Assembly (NCBI RefSeq): GCF_008831285.2
Contig: NC_045138.2
Span: 18,042,001 to 18,106,000, forward strand
DNA from: Nymphaea colorata
Lineage: Eukaryota
DNA: 64,000 bases
Reading direction: 5' to 3'
A program made the translations under genes and the position numbers. Shown in pieces: positions 52,304 to 64,000 of this stretch (positions within the stretch are counted from its first letter, which is position 1; every line of letters starts with the position of its first letter). The notes under the pieces were generated by a model, which saw nothing but the letters and a program-made list of their open reading frames with translations, did no database searches and had not been told where the DNA came from.

Positions 52304-54688
52304 ATGGCTGCAAAAGGATGGTGGAAGGCCGCCTGGACACCGGGCATCGGGCGGATCCTTCTCCTCTCAGCTGTGATCCTGATCCTAGTTGCTGCGGCGG
52401 CGGCGACGGTGGTGGTGGACAATAGAAGACGGCCTCCCGGTGAGCAGCCTTCTTCCCCGCCCATTAAATCCTTGACTATCTTTTGCTTCCATTAATCACC
52501 TCCCCACCTCCCTCTTCTCTTTCCCTCACTCACTCTCTCTCTCTCGCTGTGTGTCAACAGGTGTTGCATTAATGGTGAAAACTGACCAGCATCAAATTCA
52601 GAGACTAATCGAAGAGGTGCCTGTCGTCTCCCCTCTAGGATCTTCTCTGTCTACAGTTTCAGTGAGAATGTTAAGTTTGTTTATATATTTAATCAAGATG
52701 ATTAGGGTTTGATTAAGAAGAGCCATAGTCAGAGAGGGAACAGGGGCAACTCGGTCATTTTCCTAAAACTTCAAGAACCCCAAGAAAGATTTTGAAGGAA
52801 ATCTTAAACATTAAGTGCAAGGAAGGTACTGCCTTTCACCAAAACCAAAGTCGAAATTCTGCTGCTCCCTGCCAAAATTTCCTAAAATATCCTTCCCAAG
52901 CGTGTGCTCATGACATGCATATCTTTCCCTCCTTTAATTGGGGTTGTTGTCAGAGCGCTCTTATGAAATTTAGTGCTGTTTCTTGTCTTGGGGATTGTTG
53001 CAGTCTTGGAGTTCTATATGGGAGTCCCCATGGCTCTTTGTGCCTGCTCCCTTTTGTTTTCTCTTTCTAAAACCTTCTTGACCAATGAAGAAAAACCCTG
53101 ATTTTCATTTCTTAAGTCAGTTAACTTAGGGTTTAGTCTAATTTCTTTTGTTGGTAGATTTGCTTGGACCATCTAGTATTTGTAAAGAACCAAAACACAA
53201 TAACTGATCTAAAATCTGCATCTTCAACATGCTCTCCTCTATTTATTCATTGTTATACTATACAGCCTTTTTGTATCCCTCTCTACCAAGAAAAGAAAAT
53301 GCTCTTCTACTGCTGTACCTTATTAAAGTGTAGCACTTCTCTAACTTGGAAACTCACTGGCTAGCTGTAGATGTGCAAAAGCGTTTGTAGCTAGGCATGC
53401 AATAGGCATGTTTAGGCTGAGGTGGGTCAATAGGGAAAAAGACCATCGCTGGGCTCCATGGCAGTGTGCCAAACTTTGCTGGTGGGGAGATCTAGGGTTC
53501 ATGCCTTTGGGCACTTTTCAAGGAAAGATGAGGAATCAAGAGTTTGGAGGCCTTAATCAGCGCTTTTTCTTCAGCAGAAAAGAGAAAAAAAGTTGAGAGT
53601 TGTCCTTGGTTTGCCCCCCCTTAGGCATCACATTGGGCATATGGCATCTAAATTGGGCTTCATATCTCTTGTTTTGTAAAAGAATCAAGACACTAAAATG
53701 TCTCTAGCATATTGGGACTCCTAATGAAGTGAGTACCCAATTAGTGGTTTTGATGGCACAGCGCCTATCAATCATGTACAAATATTGTCATATATATGAC
53801 TATTGTTCTTAAACAGTGAGGGTCAATGAAACTAAAGCTGAAACTCCCCTCCTTCTCCTTGCTCGCAGGATCAAGAACTGTGCCGATACCAGGTAGTTAA
53901 TGATTTGAGCAATAGAAAAAGCAATGATCAGCATTTAAAGAAAGAGATCATGAGTTTGAGTTTCAGAAGATATAGGGAAAATAAATCTAAGTTAGAGGAT
54001 TGCCAGTGCAAGCCCATGTTTTTTTTTTTTTCTTTGTATGAAAAGATTTTATCTCCGATTGATCTGAAATCGACAACACTAGAATGAACCCCTCAGTTCT
54101 ACCTGATGATGAATCGACGGATGAATTTGTATGCTGCCATTCTTTCAGTCGTCCTTGCTGCTGAAGGCCTTTGTCTAAATTCATCAATCTGGATGCCTTG
54201 CTCACCGTGAAAATAGCCTTTGTCCTGGCCGAATATGGCATCTTGGCTTTTATTTTATTGGTGGGCGGACAGCCCCGTGTTCTTGAAATGACAAATACAC
54301 CCTTCCCCTCCATCTTTTTATTTAGTGATTAGGAAGGTTGGGTTGTAAGGATATGCCCAATCAAATTCATTCATAAGAAATGCTAACCCAAGCTGTTGCA
54401 TTGCAGTGGAGAGTGCAGGGCCGGGAGGAGTCCCAGACGTGGCAGCCTTCTTTGCTGCCCCACCGCGGCAGTGGCAGCGGCAGCGGTGGTGGTGGCGGCA
54501 GTAGAGATTTCAAGAGCAAGAAGAGACAATTGATCGGGTCATGGCCGCCCACATGTAGAGCCAAGTGCGGTGGGTGCGCGCCTTGCCAGGCGGTCCATGT
54601 CCCAATCCAACCAGGCCGGAGCAGCCCACTTGAGTACTACCCGGAGGCTTGGAGGTGCAAGTGTAGGAACAAGCTCTTCCTGCCCTAG
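52304..54688 (+). CDS. EPFL4: EPIDERMAL PATTERNING FACTOR-LIKE secreted cysteine-rich peptide, EPFL4/5/6 (CHALLAH-like) clade, 3 exons, 157 aa
   Basis: Exons 52304-52439 (GCCATGG context; hydrophobic ILLLSAVILILVAAAAATVVV), 52561-52616 and 54407-54688. Sites are GT-AG and phases are consistent (474 nt). Mature region GSWPPTCRAKCGGCAPCQAVHVPIQPGRSSPLEYYPEAWRCKCRNKLFLP has 6 Cys and the EYYPEAWRCKC signature. The family call is firm; EPFL4 versus 5/6 is inferred. Confidence 0.93.
54407..54688 (+). CDS. EPFL4: EPFL exon 3 (mature peptide)
   Basis: Branch-like GCTAAC near 54382, acceptor TTGCAG| at 54406, basic KSKKR before the Cys-rich domain, TAG at 54686-54688. Confidence 0.95.
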   Translation, partial: WRVQGREESQTWQPSLLPHRGSGSGSGGGGGSRDFKSKKRQLIGSWPPTCRAKCGGCAPCQAVHVPIQPGRSSPLEYYPEAWRCKCRNKLFLP

Positions 54689-56823
54689 ACATAGACAATT
54701 CTGCTCTGGACTGCCCCAATTCCAAAACTGCCCCCGGCCATCCACAAAACAGAGGTTCACATGGGACATATATTTGTCCGCAAATTAAAGGCCCATGAGA
54801 ATGAAAATACTGAGAAAACATAGGTACTGAAGAGGAATAAGTGAGAAGTAAGGGCGGTGCCGGGAAATCAAAGGAAAGACAGGGTGGTGTCAATGTTTGG
54901 CACGTGAGGGGGCGTACCCTTTTTTTTGTGTACAGGCTTTATACGCGTACGGAGGTGTTGGAGAAAGGGTTGCATGTGTATGGCGTTTGTTGTCATACAT
55001 TGTTTTGTCGCTCAGCCAATTTGGTGCGGCCATCTCTTTTTCACCAACTTCTGGGGAAGGGCAAAATTCCTCGGTATTGTAACACTCTTTACAGCGGTAA
55101 AAAAAAAAAGAGGCAGGGTTAAAAATTTGGAGTATTTGTATCCCATGTATATTTTTTTATGAGCTTTTGATTTCTTGTTTATTTTTTGAAGTTGTAAATG
55201 TCGTCTGCTAATATGTTTCTTTTAATTTCGATGCAACGAGAAAATAAGAAGGTTCTGTTTTTACGTGGCACTTTCAAATTAAGGATGATACGACCAAAAT
55301 ATGGTCCTTCAAATAGTTCTAAAAACTTGGTATATATACCTTAATAGCAAATACGCCTAAGCAGAAATATTTTGTGAGTATTTCTTGAATTTACCCAAAA
55401 TATTGAGCATATATTTATCAACATTAGAATTATTGTTCCATGAGCTATAAGATTTACGATAAATTCATGAGACATTCACAAAATATTCATGTCGCCATAC
55501 CATCCATCCCTCATACATATGTGTGTTTAATGAACTTACCTTGAAGCTGAAATAAAATATTAGACATTTGTTACATGAATTTATATTGATTTTAACGCAG
55601 ATTCATGAAACATTTATACCTTATTTCTATTGGCCCCTTAGTTTTTAAACAAGCATCTAGGATGTCACCAAACATGCTTTTAAAAACTCACAAAATACTA
55701 TTTGAAAATGAGTAAATAACAAATCACCACTTAACTTTTTCACCGCTAGAAACACTCAACCTTCTCTTGTAATTCTTAAATTGTCACCTAAATGCCAATT
55801 GAAAAACATAATTAAAAAAACGACCTATCTAAAAACAGAATATATATAAAAAAAAGGATTATAAGGAAACAAGAAAAGCTCCATGAACACAAAAAAAACA
55901 AAAAGATACCACCACTCCAACAGTAACGTGTAGGGTCTTCCAAGACATTTGTGAAGATCTCGAGAGACATTGTTGGAGTTAGATGACCTCTTCCGCCGTC
56001 GGATCCGCATTTGCGATAGATATGAACTTGGTAAACATGATAACTCGACAAAGTTTTTGTATTATTGTACATGATATCTGAAAGAGACCCTTTTGTATTG
56101 CTTCGCGACATGTAGGCAACCTGACAGGCTTTTGAATTTATTTTTAACGTCCGGACGTCTCAAAGCAGTTCATCTTCTTGTTTCTAATTTAATGAAGGTT
56201 AGAGACTTGCCACAATCATGTAATCAACAAATCGAGGCTTTGCCATTGACAAGTACTTTGCTTGGCTTCTGGCCTTCTGGTTTAACTAATTCATTCTTCT
56301 TTTGGGTTGGTGCTTGTGTCATTCAATATTATTCGTTGGAAGAAACAGCTTTTAGTTGATCACATATAATTCCATTCAGCGACAGAGCCAAGAATTTAAT
56401 TACTAAGAACTTATGCCCATTGTTTGGAACAGCACTGTCAATGTAATTTTTTTTTTTTTTTGCTTTTTCAGTTGGAAAGAAGTGAGAGTGCATGTGCCAT
56501 CTGACCTCAATGTCGCTTCACCACTGATCTATAGTCAGTAATGAAATTCTGAAAACCTTATTAAAATTCTTTTACACAGTGTTTTCATGTATGCATGTCA
56601 TGCAAAGACAGAGCCACAACATAATGACCAGCGGCGGAGCCAGGAATGTTGGGCTGAGAGAAACTAAATATAAAGTGGACAGTGCTATATATAAATGAAC
56701 ATATTTTATAAAATATTAGCATGAAAACAAAGAGATTTTATGGGGCTGGTGTGGGCAACATGTGACTCCACCACATACATATAATGACCTTAAACAACTT
56801 AATCTTTTTATATTCATTTAACA

Positions 56824-57010
56824 TTTTTTTTTTTAAACTTGGGGGAGAAGCACCCTCGTGCTGATAGCAGGACGTAAAACTCTCAAAACCATTCCCCGGC
56901 ACCGCATAGGTTTTGTAATCCACCAGCTTGGCCAATAGGCAGACACCTCCAAGGTTTGAACCAGAGGCTGCTGGCTCAACTAGGTGTACACAACTGATGA
57001 GAGCTTTTGC
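56824..57010 (-). mobile_element. SINE-like element, same family as 58634-58809
   Basis: Minus strand: B-box GGTTCAAACC (56962-56953), shared GAATG..TTG.G.GTTTTAC..CCTG block, TCCCCCAAGT, then an 11-nt poly(A). The 5' end is approximate and no TSD was found. Confidence 0.6.
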
Positions 57011-58633
57011 AGTTTTGATTCTTTCAAAAATTTATTTGTTTCTAAAAAAATTGAACTTCTTGCAAAAAAACATACTCAACTTGTCCAGTAAAAACATGCT
57101 TAAGTTTGTAATTTTTTTTTTTCATTTAGCCACTTATTTCATACGTAATCTAATTGGGTGATTTGTAAGCGTAAACATTTTTTGGGTAAGCGAGAAACAA
57201 AAAAACTGACACCCTAGCCTTATATTTCTCGTGCTCCAAGTCCTGAGCTGCATCGGTGCCTTATACGGGCTCAATGTACTTGATACAGTGCTTTCAATTA
57301 CTTCAAGCACCAGAACATAGCAATTAAACAAGGAACGTGCCTTATTATCTACCTCTAATTGTATACCCTTGCGAACTTTCAAATTAAGTTTTTTTTAAAA
57401 GAAAGAAAAGGATAGATAAGAAGGAAGGTAGAACCAAGAAAGTGATGGGATGAAAATCGCGGTAATTTCCAAAGGAATTTACAAAGGCAAATGTCTACGT
57501 CTAACAATTGAAATGACGAATAAAGTGTGTGTATGTAGAAAGAGAGATGGAGAGAATGAGAGGAGAAAGCGTGTGATAGAGAGGGAAGGTTTGTGCCGTC
57601 ACTTCAATAAACAAATTAAAGTAAGTGAGGTCAGCCTATAATATGCACAGCCAGACTGCTGTTGTCGTTATCGCTCTCTTATAGGCTGTACCAGCCCTAA
57701 CTCATCTTAACCCTCGAATGAAAACGATGCCTGCGGATGCAAGGTTCAAGATTTAAGCATTTCTTTGCTTTTTTTTAAAAAAAAAATATAATGCCAATGA
57801 ATTTTTAAATGAAGATAGAAAATAGCAAATAAAAACACCAGCCCAATTGTTTATCATGCCTATTACTTTTATAGGTTAGCATAGGACCCTTTAATTTAAA
57901 GGTGGTGGTGGAACCACGATGACCTAACACCTCACCCCAAAGAACCGAGAGTTGAAAAAGAGGAAGAAGGCTAGAAGCACATTTTATCTTAGGTACTGCA
58001 ACGAACACCATAAGGCATCACACTCATATTAATGCCACCATGTAAAGTAGTCAGTTCGACCAGTTATGCTATGTTCCGTTAAAACTATTTAAACATGATA
58101 AATAATAAAACATAGGTTTTGAGTATTCTCTCGGTTTAGGGTTTCGATCGTTCTAACTTGTGTAGCTGCCTCCATGTCAAGGTACACATGAGGTACCTCG
58201 AAGTCGAAAGCCTGGAATCCAGGTTCACATGATCATTTTAACTTGTGTAGACTTCAGAGTTCAGAGTTGAAGGGAGTAACTGTAAGCTCACCCAAGTTCC
58301 AAGTTCCCCCTCATCTGAAAGCCTTCAATCAAGTCCCAATCTAATCATTCATTTTATTGAGCTTTTACTGGTATTGTCCTCATAAAGCTTGGAGTTTAAA
58401 GTTCATGGGCTTTAGAACAATGGTAGTCACACAAGAAAAACATGGGAAGGTCAGGAAAAAACACAACTTTTCATGCTAGCTGCTAATTAGGTTACCAAGT
58501 CTCTCGAATTTTCTTCGTAAGAGTGCTCTTGCAGTGGGAAAAGCGAATATTGGTACAAGAACTCAAACCAGTGCGAGCTGGTGTGGGCCGAGAGTGAGCC
58601 TTGTTTATTAAACGATAGAAAGTATTTTGGTAG

Positions 58634-58809
58634 GAGGCCAGTTCCTAGTTCAAATCTAAGTGGCACTAGCGCCTTGCAAAAGCCGATGCGCGGCACAGCT
58701 TTGGGTTAAAGGAGAATGACATTGTGGGTTTTACACCCTGTGTGAGCAATGAAATCTTATTGGGGATGGTTTCCCCCAAGTAAAATGAAAGGGAAAAAGA
58801 AAAAAAAGC
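58634..58809 (+). mobile_element. 5'-truncated SINE-like retroposon with 15-bp target-site duplication
   Basis: Perfect direct repeats AAAGTATTTTGGTAG at 58619-58633 and 58810-58824. B-box-like GTTCAAATC at 58648-58656. 3' TCCCCCAAGT followed by an A-rich tail. Confidence 0.75.
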
Positions 58810-59269
58810 AAAGTATTTTGGTAGTGTCAAGAAGAACAGAGATATCTTCACTAAGGCTGACAAAAGATACCAACAGCCCAATGCTGTGATTGATTAAGTT
58901 TATGTTTAACTTCTAAAACTAAGCACATTTTGCAACAGAAACCCAAGAAAATAATAAAAATGGCATATGTGGACAGTACTCCACAAACAATATAAAACCC
59001 ATCTGATTGAAAATATAACTATGGCCAGCTGCTAACTATGGTTAAATAAGATGACCAAGGATTTGCTTTAAATGAGTAAATGTCAACAATTTATGACACT
59101 AATCAATTGCTTATAACTCAAATAAGTACATGTAACATAAAAAGAATGGAAAAGGAAAAGCAAAGCATGTTTCCTCCCTTTCAATTTGTTGATTCTGACA
59201 AAAACAGCTCCCTTCAAGTATATATATGTGCCTAACAGAGGTCCTCTACTTCAGTACCGTGCACCCAGT

Positions 59270-59785
59270 CATGGTATTTGGCCTTTGAGAACTGTAGGGT
59301 ATCCAACATAAGGACAGGCCATAAGGGCCATCTTTTGCAGGCAGACATAACTGAGAGTTCCGCAGATCAAAACCTCCACTGGTGCATCATTATCCTTTCA
59401 CTGAGCTGAGGCCTCAACATTTAAATTTCGAAAACAAGTTCTGAAACTTGCCAGCTTTCTGCAGCTACGTAGGGCCATCATACTGGACGCCATTAACAGT
59501 AACTTCTCAATTTCAAGGTGGCCTTGCATGGTAACACGAATTGCCGTTATTTTGGAAGGTTCATGATGCTTTTAGTTTGGCGATCCTTATATCATGGTAT
59601 CATTTGTTTCTTAGACTTAATTTTGAACTGATCAGTATTTCACACGGAAGGAACAGTACTGCAGCTCTGCTTCTTTTTGTGTCTTTTTCAGGTAAGAGGG
59701 AGAGAACTGCACCTCTGACTGAGAGGCCGAACCCCCGGTCTTCTTCCACCTTGCCCTTCAGGGTCGAAAGCTGTTTTAGAACCTC
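59270..59785 (-). pseudogene. Decayed ankyrin-repeat (At5g02620-like ankyrin-TM family) pseudogene fragment
   Basis: 59565-59401 reads HEPSKITAIRVTMQGHLEIEKLLLMASSMMALRS...RNLNVEASAQ*KD, close to the recalled family pattern DPSNTTALHTAATQGHxEIVxxLLExxSSLAxIA...RNGHVEVV. Upstream, in another frame, are KQL..GK and *YHDIRIAKLKA (cf. KYHDVxxAxIKA). Downstream is VLKGQ (cf. AVKGQ). Stops, a frameshift and deletions are present. Confidence 0.65.
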
Positions 59786-60828
59786 GAATAGTAGCACATG
59801 CCACCATTTGAGATCCATAAAAGTAGTTTATTAGAGCGTGACAGTGACTACGAGTTGGATTCTAAACCCATACCCTGTTTTTCATGAGCCACATTGCTGA
59901 TCGGTCGCGCTACGCCTCTCTAGGTATGTGATATCATACAACTCTGTGGACTCGGACCTAAAGTAGTTCTGACTTGACCTAATTGAAGGTTTATCAGATT
60001 TAGAGGTAACCAGATCGTTCAAACATCAAATCAGAATATCTCTGATTAGCTTGACTTGGAGTGTGCATGTTAATCAGGTCCGGATTCCGCTTAGATTTGG
60101 ATCACTAACGAGTACGATTTTGGCAACAATGTGTCATTTAACACACATGGATTTAGTGGGACATCAAACCAAACAGGTTTACCGTCTTAACTATTAATTT
60201 TTTCTTCATTACTTAAACCAGATAATTACCAGAAAAGTAAGAAGATAAATTATCACGAGATTTAGTCTATTTACCGTTATTTTCCCGTTAAAATCCTTTG
60301 CCAGTCGTACTATGGGCTATGACATCAAGATTGTGAGGTAGTACCAGAAAAAGGAGGGTGGGGCCCTAAGGTGGGGTCCATCTTGGAATCTAACTAGGGT
60401 TCTGAGTGGCAGCCCATGGTGCACCCAAGGGGTGAAATGGTTCTGGTTTGGGTCAAATGACTAATAATTGTGCTAAAAAAAACTGTTGTGAATCACTGTC
60501 ACATTTGAGTCTCTTATGAACCATAATAGTAAGTTCCGAAGCAAGTTCTGTGAACCACCAGGATGGTCGACACAAAAGAGAGCAGTAGCTTCTCTTAGGG
60601 GTTGGTGGACACACTGGAGAAAAGAACAGTGGCCTATCTTCAGGGCAGCAGAAAAAACCATTTACCCTTAGGTAGGGTTTCGCAGAACAAGATTAAAATC
60701 CTGAGATCAAAATCACAGGATTTTTAATCTTGGAATCAAAATAATGGGAATTTGCATCCTATTCTAGAAACAGGTAGTGTTTGTTTAGCCTGGATTATAA
60801 TCTGTTGGATGTACATCCAGTATTTGTT

Positions 60829-60976
60829 GAGAATCTGCAAAACAATTTGGACCGTTGATCTAGTTACAGAGAATCTGCAAACAATTTGGACCGTTGATCT
60901 AGTTACAGAGAATATGCAAAACAATTTGGACCGTTGAATCTAGTTAAGAATCTGCAAAACAATTTGGACCGTTGAA
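60829..60976. repeat. Minisatellite, ~39-40-bp unit, ~3.8 copies
   Basis: Unit GAGAATCTGCAAAACAATTTGGACCGTTGATCTAGTTACA. Confidence 0.95.
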
Positions 60977-61483
60977 ATTCCAATCCACCAAATCAAGATG
61001 GAGCTCCTCCAATAACTAAAATTAACATGTGCCCACAAAGTGAAGGCAACTAGAAAAATGCACATGCAAACGTCAAGATTAGAACTCAGATAAAAGGAAC
61101 CGACTCGTGTGAAGATAAGAACTACAGAGAGAAGAAACGATTCATGGCCATGAAGGTTTTAAGAGAGCAAACATCTAACGCAGGGATTCGGCAAGGCAAA
61201 CTACAAAAGAGACCCAGAGAAAATCTTACTTTGTGTCCAATGTCTTAACGCACGATATACTTTTGTGCGGCACAAAAAGATGCGGTAAGAGATGAAGAAG
61301 GAACAAAACCAAATTTCACAGACCAAGGATAGAAAGTTCGACTTTCAGCTGCCCGAGAGAGGACGATCCTCCATTCCTCCTTCATCCTGTTACCCAGACT
61401 AGGTGAAGCCATCTTCAGTCCCTTTGTTTTTCCCAAAATGAAAAGAGACCAAGAAGAAATCTGCCTGAAGATTGAAGGTGCCT

Positions 61484-61573
61484 GAAAAGGAAGTTTTCCG
61501 GCTTGAGGTCTTGGTGCATGACGCTGGAGGAATGGCAGGCCTCGACGACGCCGACGATGGTTCCGATGAGCCG
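61484..61573 (-). pseudogene. Calcium-dependent protein kinase (CDPK) gene fragment, catalytic-loop region
   Basis: The minus-strand frame, not in the ORF track, reads [30 protein letters not shown], against the CDPK consensus [30 protein letters not shown] found no other intact CDPK exons nearby. Confidence 0.85.
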
Positions 61574-63678
61574 ACGTCTTCCTGGACAGCGTGCTTCTGC
61601 TCGTTACTGCGCCCCGATGAAGTCGACCATGAGCGTTGCGAGCGAAGCAACGGTCAGTAAAATTTTCCGTGGATTTCGATCATATGATTTGATCTAATTA
61701 AAACAAGTCGACCACATCTGGCTTACCAAACTGTATTTGGATCCGCATGAAACTTAAGCAAATCATCCATGATGATTTCTAAACCTATGTTATGCAGTGG
61801 CAGAGCTAGAAAATTTTGCTTGAACATGACATAAAGTTTCCTGTGGTTCGATTTTTCTTCTATTTGACGCATCTATAGTTATATAGATAACTACTGCATC
61901 AAAAGTGGCCTTCCCTATTCGTTTTCAAGTGTTCAGTAGGATACATATTTACCTTTTCCTTTGTGGTTTTGAAGCCAATTGATTCACATAGTCATAACAT
62001 TGGTCTTGAATTGGTCATTTATCTTTGGTTTGAGTTGACGGACCCTTTTCTACTCGAACAAAAGAAAACAAGCAAGACAATTAATTATCATAACTGGTGG
62101 TGCCAGTTGCAGATGCAGTCATTAAGGTCCAAAATGGTTAAAAGCATTTCTTAAAAGTCACCAACATAATTTTTCTAACTTGACAAACATTTCTTGGTAT
62201 TGCAGGACTAATTAACATTTTAGGCCGCCATCAGCTAGAACTGAGAAAGCTTTTAAACACCCTTATACTGTTGTAAGTTGATTAGAAAAACAAAATGCTA
62301 AGATCTGAACAAAAAGGTCTCAGAAATTTTGATGTTTCATGGTTAACCCATTCACCCGGCAGCAGACAGCTGAGGATCAGCTACCGATCTGATCCATGCA
62401 ATCACAGCCAAGGGCAATCAAATCCATCCCCTTTTTATCTCACTTGATATGGGAAATCGAAATCCAACAATGTTGCATAAAGTCGATACTGGGCAGTGCC
62501 TGTCCCCAATTACCTCACTTTGATCATCACCCTTCCGGTGCAAATTCTCAGCACGGAAAAACTCTGTTTGGCGCATTCCCACCCGCTTTCCGGCGAAACT
62601 TTTGTCCCTGTTTCTGCTATACTCATACTCCACGGAAAATGGGGTCCTTTCACACCATGACTGCTCCAACCTCATCGGAAAAGAGCCCGACTAAGCTTCA
62701 GAAAATAACAAATGAACTGCAACCCCATCGACGATGCAGGCCCATGTGACCAGCAGCTTGCAATAGACTGACAAAGTTGAAAAAAAAATTAACTACAGGG
62801 AAGGAATCATTTTCTACTAAAGGGATATTGTATCAAAGTAAGCTGCCATGATGTGGATGGATACGTCTGGTCTTCAATCACCTATCGTCTTCTATATGTA
62901 GTCTGGTCACGAGGCAACTCTTATGGTTCCCATGTTCTAAACAATAAGGTTTTTCTCAGTTATTACATAGTAAAGTTTGTTTTTTTCGAAAAATTTTAAC
63001 AAATAAAAAAAAAAGTTTAAAAACTAAAAATAGAATGTAAAAATTATAAACAAAAACATATGGTAAGTAAACATGTAAAAAATGTGAAAAAACGAGAAAA
63101 AAAATGCAAAAAACGAGCCTGGATGTTTTTGTTTTGTATTCCTTTCAGTTATTGACTTCTATTCCTCGATCTTGCAGTTTAATCAGTGAAGTTACTTTCC
63201 TTTTCATTATTAGCCTCTTTAGCTGGCTAACGTTCCGTAAGTAAAACTAGGGGCCGACCAACTTGAGTAGAACTATGAACAAATACTCCAGACCTGCTAT
63301 TTTGAGTTTTTTGTTCTTCTTTCGCCCAACTGAGTTAGAAAAGAGTTGTACTGTATTTAGGCAACTATTCTAATCTAATGGTTACATCTCCTAGTTAGAT
63401 CCTATCTATAGATCCATTAGATTTTTTATTTTTAAACCAAGTATATTCAACTTTTAGTTTTTCAATCAAAAGAGGGGCCTTCTTTCGCAACTTAAAAGGA
63501 GCGCTCTGATATGATAGTTAAGTTTTTGTGGTCGACAGTGATAATGACAAAGCCATATTGCAATATATGAATTGATTGACTATCCTCTTCAGTGTGAAAC
63601 CCAATTAAAAGAAAGAAAAATCCAAACCACACACATCTCTTTCATATCCGCACAGACAATGGAAAGATGGATAAGTAT

Positions 63679-63724
<46 letters not shown>

Positions 63725-64000
63725 GCAATGATTCTAATTTTTCAAAGTTACCAGCTATTTAATTAGGATCATTTATATTTATATGAAGTAGATGAACAGT
63801 TGAGAGAGAGAGAGAAAAAAAAGAAAACATAATATTAGATAATAAAAATACCCATAATTTTTTTCTTCTTGTTTTTCTCTACAGTGCTGACTTGATTAAA
63901 TGACTTTGTGACTTTCAAAAGACAGTGTCATCGTTAAATTTTTATATGTATATATAATATGAAATATCGCACACATTAAATCTAGCATCTAATTAATTCT

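Noticed and set aside
60829..60976. CRISPR-like repeat array
   Set aside because: No unique spacers; plain tandem repeat in a plant genome.
62396..62749. 117-aa ATG ORF
   Set aside because: No recognisable homology or splice support.

Overview
Eukaryotic genomic DNA from a flowering plant, probably not a grass because a PEAPOD gene is present. It is AT-rich and dense in MITEs and microsatellites. I can build two intact spliced genes by hand, arranged head-to-head about 27.6 kb apart: a 9-exon PEAPOD/TIFY4 repressor gene (minus strand, 24685->20050, 368 aa) and a 3-exon EPFL4/5/6 (CHALLAH-like) secreted peptide gene (plus strand, 52304->54688, 157 aa). From memory, Arabidopsis PPD1/PPD2 (At4g14713/At4g14720) also sit beside EPFL4/CLL2 (At4g14723), so this pairing may be old conserved microsynteny. 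Several GC-rich islands packed with TCP/G-box motifs lie around the two genes and are candidate enhancers. Elements the ORF track misses include a decayed ankyrin-repeat pseudogene, an isolated CDPK catalytic-loop fragment, an L1-type LINE remnant interrupted by a MITE, a SINE family (one copy with a perfect 15-bp TSD) and a ~249-bp duplication in the EPFL promoter. I recognised no rRNA, tRNA, known miRNA or CRISPR. All homology calls come from manual translation and recall, not database searches.
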